A DNA stretch of 64,000 nucleotides, taken from contig CM121341.1 of NCBI GenBank assembly GCA_051530055.1, positions 620,001 to 684,000 on the forward strand. The letters are read 5' to 3'. The notes beneath the pieces are model-generated. The model saw nothing but the letters and a program-made list of their open reading frames with translations, had not been told where the DNA came from and ran no database searches. Position 1 is the stretch's first letter. Every line of letters starts with the position of its first letter. Below, in pieces: positions 12,233 through 23,886 of the stretch. The position numbers and the translations under genes are program-made. Source of the DNA: Neoechinorhynchus agilis. Taxonomy: Eukaryota > Animalia > Acanthocephala.

Positions 12233-12274
12233 TAGAAACTGAAGAGGCAAGGAAAACCTTGCGAAATATTTCTA
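12233..12274 (+). ncRNA. Minimal hammerhead ribozyme motif
   Basis: TAGAAA-CTGAAGA-G-GCAAGG aaaa CCTTGC-GAAA-TA-TTTCTA followed by AAATAAA. Confidence 0.78.
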
Positions 12275-12874
12275 AAATAAATGAGTAACGAAAACACCGG
12301 GGACAGGATTCGCCAACGCACAATTAAACAGATTATGGTTCAAAATTTAGAAGTGAACGAATGTTGTTTATTGAGGATTACATTCGGGTGCGGTAAGATG
12401 AGTTGTTATTTAGGTCGCTTGTCAACTTTCAAAAGAGGTTATCAAAGAAGAATGTATGTTTCGACTGATTGTATCAGTCATGATTCAAAGGAATACGATT
12501 TTAAAATTTGGTAATAATTTTACAAGTGCGAATAAAACACTTAAACAACCTAAGAAGTCCGACAAGAGACGGACGAAATATTGACCACAATATATCAAAA
12601 GAACACATAAATTTTAAAATTGTAAGGAAACGGTTAAAGATGGGATGTTGATAATAAGATTAGAGGATTTTTGATTTAAACAAAATAATTGAATAAATTG
12701 TGTAAAAATCTTGAATTTCACTTATAAATTTCCTGGGATTTGTTGAAAATATGATTTTAATGAATGCTCAAAAGTTTTCTCATGTACTCGTTTCACTTTT
12801 CAAAACCGCTACCATTTTGAAAGAATATTACGGACTCCAAACCAAAAATCCTTCGTCATTGTTCACATTAACAA

Positions 12875-15800
12875 ATGGCGAGTTTTGCTAGTTTAGGTGA
12901 GGTGTTCAAGCCGATTATCACAGTGTACACGAGTGCTGAGGCCGAAGTGTTCATTTATAAAAATAAGATGGATTTTAGTCAAATCGTTACACCGTTTTCT
13001 CGTTTGCCCGACACTTGTAAGTTATTTTAGGTTTGAAAAAATCGCGATTTTTCATTTCTTAGTCAGCTTTCGTGGAGGTAATGGATCGACCGTAAAATGT
13101 CACGGTCTTTCTTTGGAATTCGTGGATAGTAAAGCAGTCCAGCCGATCAATATTGACATCAATGACCTCCATTCACTATGGAATCACTCACTGATTACTT
13201 TAACGGAAGATAATGTCAAAGGTATTAATGGGTTGTGTTTTTATTTGATAAGAAATATTTTAGATGAGTACAAGATTTATGCTTCCCATCTCTTCAATCT
13301 TACAAAACAAAATGAACACGAGTTCATAAATCGATCGATTGGAAGTATCCTTTTTTTGTATGTGTGCATTGTTATCCACTATCCTGTTTTTGTTTTATAT
13401 CCTGAGAAATCTGATCTTCGATATTTTAGCGTAAGAATCTTTGTCGTGTTTATCTGACCTTCTTCATGAACATTCTGTTTTCCTTAACTTCTCTGTATGT
13501 CTATTCGTTATCACTGCTAGCGGTGAAGATCCCATAGGAGAATTCCGAAGACTCAACTCTGAATACGAACACTCTCTTTCGTCAAGCTCAAAATGGTTTA
13601 TGTCACATTCATTGGTCCGATTCGCTATAATGCTACATGACAATTCTGATGATCGATTGACATATCCAACGGAAATAAAGTTAGTTTTTTTTAATCGTTA
13701 ACTTTTGAAAAACATCGATCAGAATTCGTGCGCTGGAGGAAATCATCCGTCGTCAAAGTGGATCGGTTTTCTGTTCTCATATTTGCATCAACTCCAATAC
13801 ATCAGAAGGACTCGGTCATGAACAAAATGAATTCTGTGAAGTGTTAATCCAAGACGTTATGGGGAAATCTTTGCTTGCGGCCATTGAACAACATAATCAT
13901 TTTGCGGATAATGCATCGAATGAATCATTAGTGTTACTCGATAAGAAGTGCGCTGTTGTGAGAATTTTCTGATTTCGTAGATTAGTTTGTATTCAATGAT
14001 ATGAGGAAAAAATTGAACCTTTTTCATTAAAAAAATAAAAAAAATATTGACATACATTTCTTCATGATTCCGATCTTAGTGAAGTCTCATTTTAATTGAA
14101 TTAGTTGCTCATGTAATGCTAAATCTAACGCACTTGGATACTGAAAATTCTTAACAATTTAATTTCGAGCATCTAAAACCGATCCTATTTGCAGCCTATA
14201 ACGTTTAGTCACAACAGCGCACAGTAAGCCAAAGATGCACTCATCAAACATTTCATTGCCCAGCTCATTTTCGCGATCAGGAGAAATAAAAGATCTAAGT
14301 AACGATCGACCGGAATCCCATTTGAACGATCTTTTGGGAGTTGCTACACAATATGATTTCAGGCTAAAAGACGGGAACTTTTTCAGAACTCCTAAACAGC
14401 AACCAACGTGCCCCCTTAAAACTCATTGCATTCTTATTTCGGATGAGGATAAAGATCAACTAAGTTTGTTTGTACGAGAAACAATTTCAAGAGGCTTAAT
14501 CTCCTGGTTGGAAACTACTATCAAATACTTTTCCGATCAAGTACTTGTTTTCAAATTTAAGCTTTAATTTCTAAAATCATCTAGACGTCATCGAGACGGG
14601 GAATCTCAAAGTATATCACCGTTACAAAACGATTTTTTAGTCGTGATCATAAAACGATTAGTTCCGATAGCGACGAGGCCCATACCGATGCAATGCACAG
14701 ACGATTGGCCGATATTTCGTTTTTATTCCAAGATTACCTATATGCCTATTCATGCTATAAGAGCATCGGAAACGAATTAGCAGCGAAACAACCACACAGT
14801 TTAGAGTATGCTTCAGCTCTTCAAATGATGGCTCTTTCGTACATGAAGGCCCATCCGTCGAAATCAAATCTTGCATTACAACACCTTAAGTATGCCAGTG
14901 AACTTTTTGCAATGTTTTCCAAATCAAGGTAGCAGATTTATGTTTTTGATGGGATTCTAAATGAACCTTCATTAAGGATTCTTCATCACCGTTTAGTTGC
15001 ATTAACGATCGAAGTACTTTTACAGAATAGAAAGTTCGCTACTGCTGCTGATTGGAGCGCTTATGCCATATTCACGGACGGATACGATGGAGTCGTTGCA
15101 GGATTACTCCTTGAACATGTTGTTGATTTCCTTGAACCAAGACAAGCTCAAGTTACGGCTCTTGCGGCTGCTGTATTTTATTCTGAAGCAAGAGAAGTTA
15201 GTTAAAATTATCGTTTTTATTCGCTAAGTGATTATAACAAATTCATTAGTGAATTGTACCGCTTTTAAAGAAGCGATAGCTTTTTCAAAGAACGTTTTAC
15301 AACGTCGATGAATAGACTTTTATTAGCGAATATTTTTATAATAATAGAAAAATTAGTTCAGCGTAAAAAAATTGAAATTCACACTTTAGCAGTTTTATTT
15401 TAAACGTAGGTTTTTCTAATTATTTGCACGAATTTTATGAATGAAAATAAAATCCGTTTAAATACCATTTTAAGCCTTTGTTTGCACTGCGCTGTCTGTA
15501 TAAAAATTGCGACTACCAAGGATGGAATTCAATTCAAGTAAGCTGTTTCTTTATTACTCCTCAAAAATAGCTTTAATCTTTAGTTCCAAAGGGATCTCAT
15601 GGTTGCAGTTGAATTAAGTGCAATAACCGATTATTCTACATCGGAATCGACTGTATTGGATATAATCGAACGTATTGAGAAATATTCGTCGGGTTTAATT
15701 TCAACCGATTTGATTCAAAATTTAATTTCTTTTTATAGTGATATTTCTTTGGTCAGTATACTTCTCAGTCACAACTTTTCCTTTAAATCTCATGAGTAGA

Positions 15801-18199
15801 TTATTCATAAAGAAACAATTCATATTTTTCCAAGCGTTGCAAGTTACGAAGTCCTGTCAAGTTCAAGTTCAGATTCGACTTCGGGTTTGATTGCCACTTA
15901 ATTAAAAATGTTGCATCGGGCTAATTGTGAGTTTAGAAATAAGCACTTCATTTGAATTTGAATTTGATTTCGTATTTTATGCAAAATACGTTGAATTGGC
16001 TAAATCTGTTATGTCCGCTGAGGATCGTATTCGTATTTTTGACAACTACGATGATTCTGGCACCAAAAAATCATTTCGAATCCACGCTGGAGGTTTGTGT
16101 CATTTTCAAGCAGACAAAATAACTAAAATTGAATCTAGAAAGACTGTATGTCCGTTTTCGATTGGTAAACAAAACAAACGTCTGCCTAAAGTGTTCAAAC
16201 GCTCGTCTAAAGTACTCATTTACTCCAACTGATGATGCGATTCCTAATCATGTGAGTTTCTAAATTCTTAAAAGTGTTTTTAAACGCCTTTAAAAAAGGT
16301 AAGGACGGTAGTGGAACCGGGCTCACTGAAGGACATAAAATTAAATCCAAACACAACCACAAAGGTGAGAGTTGTTTGAAGCGAACCTTAATTATCTTTT
16401 TAAAAAAGACCACATTGTCTATTCGACCTTTGACTGAAGGACTGCTAAAGATTGAAGGTGTAAAATGCGATCTTAGTGTAGATATCCATATGAAATCGAA
16501 AAGTGGACTTGTTCGTCTAAAAGAACCAAGAGAGATTCACGTTCAAAAAGGACCATGTGATCTATCAGTATAATTGATTTTTCTGATTTCAACCTCTTAC
16601 TGGCTAATTTAGATCAAACTTTCTAAGCATCCAACTGACGTTTTTGAGAATCAAATATTTGAGGTGATTCTGCAGCTGTCTCCTCCAAGCTGCTTAATGT
16701 GATAAGTTTTAATTGTTATCATAAAAAATTTTTATGTAATCTAAATTTATCACTCTAAACGCGGATTCTATTTTGATCTACCCAAAAAGAAATTGCCTAA
16801 TTTTCTCCCATGGAATGCAGCTTGAAAGTATCACTCAGTCAAAAAACCTCGCCGTAACTCGATTGAGTGAATCTAACGACTCTGTCCGGTTGATCATTAG
16901 AGCTGCCGATCAGCTTGGTGAACAGCAAGAAAAATTTGTGATTATTTATCGTCATAAACAAGACAAGACGAAAAGGTTAGTTTTCTTTTAGTTTAATTCT
17001 GTGCAAAGAGCATTCAAACTGATATGAGCTAGTATGTTGCTAGTAAATATATTTCGTTATCTCACTTTCATTATTTTACAATATCACTTAATCCATCGGT
17101 CTTTTAACTGCGTAATTGTGAATTTCATTGTTGTTTAACTTTGTCTCTTAGTGGCGAACGAATGTATGAAATTCTTAATTATAAATACGTTGATGATTGA
17201 ACAATTATTTTTTCCTTTCGAATGCTACATAATTTTTTCTTAAACATTTTAGGCTCCGTTCAATCTGCTTTGCCATATCGACATTTGTACAAGCTCGAGC
17301 GCTGACTATCAACAATGCCATTACTTCGTCCACACCGGGTCTGCTTACATTGCAAGTGTCCGCAAAATCCGAGATACCTATACAACACGATGGTACGGAA
17401 ATGCCTATAAAATTACTCGGACTTGTTTGCTGCTCGAGCTTAAGTATTAGCGTTTTCCCTGGTTGGCTCGAAAGCCTTTTGGCCAGCGAACAAAAATCGA
17501 ATGGTCTTGTGCGCATCTCTACATCCTCGACGACCTACGCTGAATCGGGTTTGATTGGAAATGAGGATCTTGCGTCCAACACCGACCTTTCAATGTGGTG
17601 TCTTCGCTTTGTAAGGAACAACGAGTCCCAATGCGGGATTGTTTGGGAAATTATTACAAGAGAAAGTGTGACATTCTAATGTTAGTTGCTCTTCGAAGTG
17701 TCACAACTCTCGAAATAACAAATCCAGAAAGTCCGCATATGGAATGACTTCACTGGGTATTATTATGCCAAAGCAAGACGATCTAATGATCACAGTTAGC
17801 AGAAAGTGTGAATCGATGCCGATTGTTTATGACTTTACTCACGACGAACCATTTGAAATTTATTTCTGCTTGACAATAATGAATAATAAACCTAATGATG
17901 AAAATTTGAGTATCCGACTTACACGGTCAAGCACAACGAGTGCAGAATGGACAGGATTGCTGGTATTCAATATTAATGTAAAATCAATGACTTCGGAAAC
18001 CAGGCAGATCAGTGCTGCTGTATTTCATCCGGGAATTTATTACATTAGCAAAAAAAATGAACATTACAAAGAAGAGCAATTCAATCAGTTATTTGTGAAT
18101 GTTCAATATTCAGATGCGGATTTGGTTGACTTTAAAAGTTTCTATTTTGTGGTATATGATACCAGTGACCCCCTGCGTTGCAATTTTATGAACATTTGA
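12875..18199 (+). CDS. TRAPPC8: Trafficking protein particle complex subunit 8 (Trs85), multi-exon
   Basis: Exons match TRAPPC8 in order: FKPIITVYTSAEAE...DFSQIVTPFSRL; DPIGEFRRL...KWF...MLHD; EDKDQLSLFVRETISRGLISWLETTIKYFSDQ; HRRLADISFLFQDY..AYSCY; C-terminal WTG...AAVFHPGIY. Short GT-AG introns; not all boundaries traced. Confidence 0.9.
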
Positions 18200-18234
18200 C
18201 ATAAATTGTGATTTGAGTTGATTACAATTTATTG

Positions 18235-19990
18235 TAGCTGCTCGGAGAAATATTGAACTTTTGTCTCGTCGTTGTCACCATTGTTGAGATTGTGCATTCG
18301 GAACTTTGAGGCCCCGTTGGAGTTTCCAATGAACCAAAATTAGTTAGGAAAAATTTGAAATTCTCTTCTTATTCAACACCATTTCGATTGATATTGATTT
18401 TCAATGTCAACCGAAACATGTACGGCCTCTTTATTGCGTTGATCCGATTAAATCTCGAATTCACTTCATTTTTATCAAGCAATGCGCCAAAAAACGATTT
18501 TAAATGCAAGTTAAGGTTAATAGCACATTTTTTCGACGGTGGTTTACTGAAAATTCTAAGTATGGAGATCATTCTTTGTCGACATGGTTCTTTATATCTG
18601 AATCAATAAATTCTCCATCGACAAAAACACTAATTTTTACACTCATCATAAGCGAAAACTAAACATTTTTATCGGTTTTATTTTGCCATGAATATTATTA
18701 TGATTCACGCGCAATCCCCAAGAAATAGTCTTGGTCGAAACTGAGATCTTTTCCTACTAAATCAACTTCATCCGCCGTTTGACAACTGCCAACCTCGTTT
18801 TCAATACAAAATTTATCATTAAGAAGGTACTCTGTTTTGTTTGTCATCTTTTGAGCAATCGGTGTTTCACTGTTCAACAAACTGTCGATCGTAATTTTCA
18901 ACACATTTCGATTTATTCCCATCACAGAAACCAAATTGTCCTCGGATATAATGCAGTTTTCGCAAAGTGCCTTGAATACGGCCATCTGAAGAAATGTTAA
19001 GCGGATTTTGTGACTTTTGTTTGTATCAGCCGAAACGGCACAAGGTACTGAAATTGCAAGATTTGAAATGTCAGCTGCGAATATGTAATCCAGTTCAATG
19101 TTGTCATTGAACTCAGACGGCAAATGTGACCTTGTAATTTTCAACATTTCTCGAAGATCTGACGGAAGAGATTGTGGTAAAAGACGGTAGCGCCATACTT
19201 GCTTTCTCATCTGGCACAAATAGACACAGCCTTGGAGATTAAATATTTGAGCTTCATTGAAATAAATCAGTTTCGGTGAGCCAATTTTTGTAAAAAGCCT
19301 TACAAGTTTAGGATGAATGTCAGTGCCAACGGTCTGCATCTTTGTTAAAATCGATGTAATTCCATGGAGCCTCTGCGGACTTTTAAACAATTCTATTGAA
19401 ACCAAGTGAGTATCTTCGTTGAAGTTTTGCTCCATTCCATACTTCAAGCCAAACTTAAATTCATCCTCGAACTTTTCGAATGGTTCATAGCGTGAAAAAC
19501 GCAAAATCAATTCAGCTAACAATTTTCGAAACTCGACTTTTGAATTTAGTTTACTTTCTTTATAGCAATCTCCATTTCAATAGCAGTAATGGAATTCTTA
19601 AGCCTCAATTCATTAAAAAAAATGTTGAACCAACTATCGATCGTGTCACGAATGGTTCGATTGCAATAATGATAGCCTTCCGTATTTACCTTTAGTATAC
19701 TGATACATTTTAAAATCTGATCCTCTATAGCTTTGTCTGCTTCGCATTTCTGCAAACATTGATCAAACGACTTCAAAAAAATGTACAATATATCATCTCA
19801 AAATTGTAGAGGATTCTCTAATAATTTTTTTATAAAGTTTCTCGACATTGAGTTTGGCAAGTCTATAAATAACTTTTTCACGAATTCGCTACGGAACGAA
19901 AATCGGCGAATTAATTTTGTGGATAACTCATGCGAGCAAAATACGCCAAAGAAATTCAATTTCTCGGAAAAATCTTTGATTTGAACAGCA
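18235..19990 (-). pseudogene. Highly divergent cullin-like C-terminal half, with an apparent in-frame stop and no N-terminal region
   Basis: FC..ELSTKLIRRFSFRSEFVKKL resembles the cullin LAxRLL..S segment. VW...LPSDL and KIRLTFLQMAVFKALCEN.IISEDNLVSVMGINRNVLKITIDSLL...YLLNDKF resemble the cullin CTD/WH-B. TGA near 19797. Confidence 0.5.
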
Positions 19991-20005
19991 TTTTTCAGGT
20001 TGCAA

Positions 20006-20106
20006 CCTTGATAATGGCACGAGATTGTTGCTCCGAAATATCGGATTTAACAAATTCCTTTAATTTCCGCCATAAGCAAACATGAATAGTCCAATCTTCA
20101 AACATT
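20006..20106. mobile_element. Partial copy of the hairpin MITE family
   Basis: ggcacgagattgttgctccgaaatatcggatttaacaaattcctttaatttccgccataagcaaac is shared with 29937-30095 and the 158-bp satellite. Confidence 0.8.
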
Positions 20107-20324
20107 TATTCCTTATGTAGGTCGTAGTATGTTTTCAGATCACTCTCTTTCATAACCAAATCCTTATATTTTTGATCCATGTTGCGCAATCTTTCAGGGT
20201 AACGTTCGTATTCTTTTATTGCAAGTGAGCGCATTATGCGAGGATCGGTGAAAACAGTGAAAAATGCGAGAGGGAACGATATATACAGAGCCATTCGAAA
20301 GACCTCCAAGCGCCAACCAGCCAT
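20106..20324 (-). CDS. PET100: Cytochrome c oxidase assembly factor PET100
   Basis: MAGWRLEVFRMALYISFPLAFF is the PET100 N-terminal signature; 72 aa. Confidence 0.9.
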   Translation of the reverse strand: MAGWRLEVFRMALYISFPLAFFTVFTDPRIMRSLAIKEYERYPERLRNMDQKYKDLVMKESDLKTYYDLHKE

Positions 20325-20759
20325 TCGATCTGAAACACGAATTCGGACAAATGGAAGGAGGGAGAAAGGTAAAGTTTACGCGACGGCCCTCCGACTAAAA
20401 ACCTTACACAACACAAGCAGCAGATTTACTTTGAAAAGGAAAATGGATTTGTGAATAACATTAGTCTCGTAAGCTACATTTTTGACTACCTTTAGAAACG
20501 GTTTGACTTCGGCGATTTCACAGTGCGAACATTTTTGTACCTTACTCTCGATTTCCGTGCTTTCAAGACTTTATTTTCAAACCGCACGTTAATTAAATGA
20601 AGAATGCAATCCATTTCAACTAAATTCCATTAAAATTAACTTCAAGTCTCACACCCTTCTAACTCGCTTTTGCTTACCTAGTATTCAAGAGGAACTCGCA
20701 TTTTTCTTTTACAAACTAAATTCTCCCACAAGGAACCAACCTCACCCTACCAGATATGT

Positions 20760-21252
20760 AGGAATCTCAACAATCCAAACAAAAATGGGCAGTCCTGTTT
20801 CCCCGCTGTCACTCCTATAGCCCGTTTTCTTGGATGTGGTTTCGTTAAGCTCAACGAAGAAAGGGAAAGGAAGAATATCCATAATCCAAACCAGTCAAAA
20901 AATGAACAGCCTAATTTCCTCGCTATTACTCTCTGTGGTTTCGTTGGCTCATTGAAGAAAGGGACCGTAGGATTATCAATAATGCAGACAGAAAATGGGC
21001 AGCCTTATTTTTGAAACCGTAACTCTTCTAGCGCGTTTTCTTGGCTATGGTTTCGCACGGCTGAATTAAAAAAGGCTACGCTCAATGAAGAAAGAGAAAG
21101 GAATCTCAATAACCCCGACAAAAAGGCAACCTTATTTTAGCCCGTTGTTACTCCCCTGGGTCGTTTCCTTATTGGTGTTTTTTTAGGCTGAATGAAGAAA
21201 GGAACAATAGGAATCGCAACAATCCAGACAGCCCGTTCCCTTGGTTGTGGTT
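20760..21252. repeat. Degenerate tandem repeat, about 4-5 units of roughly 100-120 bp
   Basis: Recurring blocks ggaatctcaa(c/t)aatcc, aaatgggcagcc, cgttttcttgg..tggtttcg and ctcaatgaagaaagg. Confidence 0.7.
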
Positions 21253-23410
21253 TAATAATGACACGTTCATTTTGTTAGTTAGATTACAAGAATCGGATCA
21301 ATGTATCTTTGGGTCCTCTTTGTGGCATTGTTTTTGATGGCAAATGGAGTAATCGTTATTTAAGCGATAAATAATATTGGATTGAAACTATGAAATGCGG
21401 ATTTGGCGAAGTCAGCGGAAGTTCGTTCGGGTGGGAATGTCCGGTCTGGGTACATCCGTTCTGTGGGATTAATGGTTATTGTTTGTAGCAGCGCTTGTAA
21501 GGTTGGTCTTTCGTCAGGTTCATTTCAGGTTATGATATCCGAGAAGATTGGGCAGCGTGGAAAAAGGGGCGTATGTATAGGATGTGCGAGGTTGAGGGAG
21601 GGTGAAACGAATTAGGATTACGAGTGTTGTGCTGGTGGTAGAGTTGAGAGGCGTTTTGAGTGTTTTATGAAAATGCTATCAAGCCATTCGGTGAGAAGGA
21701 GAAGGTCAGTTGTGCAAATTTCAGATGCTCTTTAATGAAGAATTTCAAGACGACGAAACCGTAGGTGAGGGAGGGTAAAATAAAGCTGTAGTAAAATTTG
21801 TATAGATAGGGTGAAGTTATTCCTAAATGTCGGAGGCGTTAGAGGAGATAAATTTTAGCTTGAGGGAGAGAGTGATGTACGAGTCTCATTTCAAGCTTGA
21901 TTGAAATTGGAGACCCAGAATTCTGAGGAAGGTGACTCGTTTGATGTCATTTGGAAGTTCGAGGTAGAATGTGGGTTTTCGGCAGAGTGAAGGCGTTTCG
22001 AAGTATTTAGGCAAATTCAATTGGAGTTTGTGATTATTGTAGTATTTGATTTGTGTGGTTTCCTTATAGGTTAAGGAGAGGGGAGGTGGGTTGGTGATTG
22101 AGTGATGAGGGTGATATTGTCGGCATATAACAAAAGTTTAGAGTGAGAGGAGAGAGGCTTGAGGTTGTTTAAGAAAATATTAAAAAGAAGTGGTTACAGA
22201 ACAGCACCTTGAGGTACGCCTTTGGTAAGGGAGGCAGTGAATGTATTATTTGCGATTGTGAAGATAAGATTCGAGTCAGCGGATCTGCCACAAGTTGATA
22301 TCAAAATCGGAGCAGGGCCGGAGAAGGAGTGAATCGTTCACGGAGTCGAATGCTTTCGTCAAATTTAATTGAATGAAACGGGTGCGTGGGAGAGATTATT
22401 TTCGAGGTTACGCCGGGGGCGTGTAATAAATGCAAAGAAGGGCATCCGCTGCAGAAAATTTGAGCCGGAAGCCGAATTGTATTGACGCTAATTTGTTGTT
22501 GAGAAGTGGAAAGCAAGATTTAAAACATTTTTCGATGATTTTTGAAAGAGCGGGTTTATGAGTTCGGGGATGATGTAGGGAATAGTAGAGTTTGAGATTG
22601 CAGATTGAGGTGACGAATTTCGGGGTAATTTCTTGAGATTTTGTAGGACTTCATATGACGAAACTAAGGGAGTAGTGGAGAGTTGACAGAAGTGTCAATT
22701 GTGGGAGTGATAGTTTTTGTGGAGTCTAAGATGGGACAATGGCTGTAATTTGAGTCAGGGCAGATGTTCTGATTGATGGAGTCTAGAACCTGTTTTAATT
22801 TAGTGGAGGTCAAATTTGGGAAGGCATTAGGGTTGCGTAGACCAAGAGAGGCCTTGACGGCTCGCCACCCGAACGAAGTTTGAAGAAAAAGAAATTTTTG
22901 CGGTCTACAAATATTTTGTGAGTTAGATCTTTTTGTAAACGAGAAAAGTCACGATATTTATTGTGATGGGCCCTAAATGCTTGATTTTGAAGGAATTTCA
23001 AGATAGGGTTATCCATGGTGGGTCACGGTGGGATATTTTAATGAATTTCTTGGGTATTGTTTAAGTTAGACAATATTTTATGATTGAGCTTAGGCAGGAC
23101 ATGGCCAAGGAAGGGTCATTTGTGTTGCCAAAGTGGAGGGTGTGAATCATAGAATTGAACAATTTGATAAAATTGTAAATATTATGATCCCGTTTATACC
23201 CGACGGGTAAGCGATGTGATTTTTGACGATGAGGTGTAGTGGAGAATGCGATAAAGATAGAAGAGTGAGTGGTCAGAGTTCGCTGGGGAGGGAGTTTAGA
23301 GGCGGATGATAGGTATCGATGTTGGTGAACACTTTGTCGAGGTGAGCGTCAAGATGAGTTGGGAAGACGATTAATTGGCGCACTGCGAAGAAATTTGAGA
23401 GAGGAAATAG
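21253..23410 (-). mobile_element. CR1/L2-group LINE copy B, degenerate
   Basis: Colinear with copies A and D, same 3' end (AATAAT-GACACGTT), GVPQG and YADD regions. Confidence 0.9.
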
Positions 23411-23664
23411 CCAAAGGGAAGAAACATTGAAGAAAATGAATACATAACGCATTTTTTTAAAGTACGAAGCATAAACCGCAAAGTACAGTGAGTGATTACT
23501 CAGGAGTTAAACCATTAGGCATATATAGAAAGCATTGTTGAAAAAATCGAATTATTGGAAATCGATAACCTGAACACGTTAAGTTTATCAATTTAGAAAT
23601 GAATATGCAGCCAAACGTGTTAAGTGAAATAAAATCTATTTTGTCAGCTCTTAATAAATACGGT

Positions 23665-23847
23665 TCATTTCTTATTAAGATCTTCGCCTTTCTTTTTCTC
23701 TAATTCTTGAATTTTTTCCTGATCTAATCTTCGAAAATACTCTTCTTCTAAGACTGCGGCTCGAATTCCCATCGATCCTCCGGATGATCGTATTGAACCT
23801 CCATCACCTCCTCCTTTTCCAGCACCAGAACCAAGCGGATTTTGCAT
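23665..23847 (-). CDS. ATP5IF1: Mitochondrial ATP synthase inhibitor IF1 (no presequence visible)
   Basis: GSGAGKGGGDGGSIRSSGGSMG...EEEYFRRLDQEKIQEL is the IF1 signature. Confidence 0.9.
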   Translation of the reverse strand: MQNPLGSGAGKGGGDGGSIRSSGGSMGIRAAVLEEEYFRRLDQEKIQELEKKKGEDLNKK

Positions 23848-23886
23848 CTGAAAACAAAAATCTCAGAATTGAAATTTCAGAATAAA

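Larger units (their letters stand above)
12088..12319. repeat. Near-perfect 97-bp inverted repeat derived from a Penelope-type pLTR, one hammerhead motif per arm
   Basis: Arms 12088-12184 and 12223-12319 with one mismatch and a 38-nt spacer. Confidence 0.92.
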
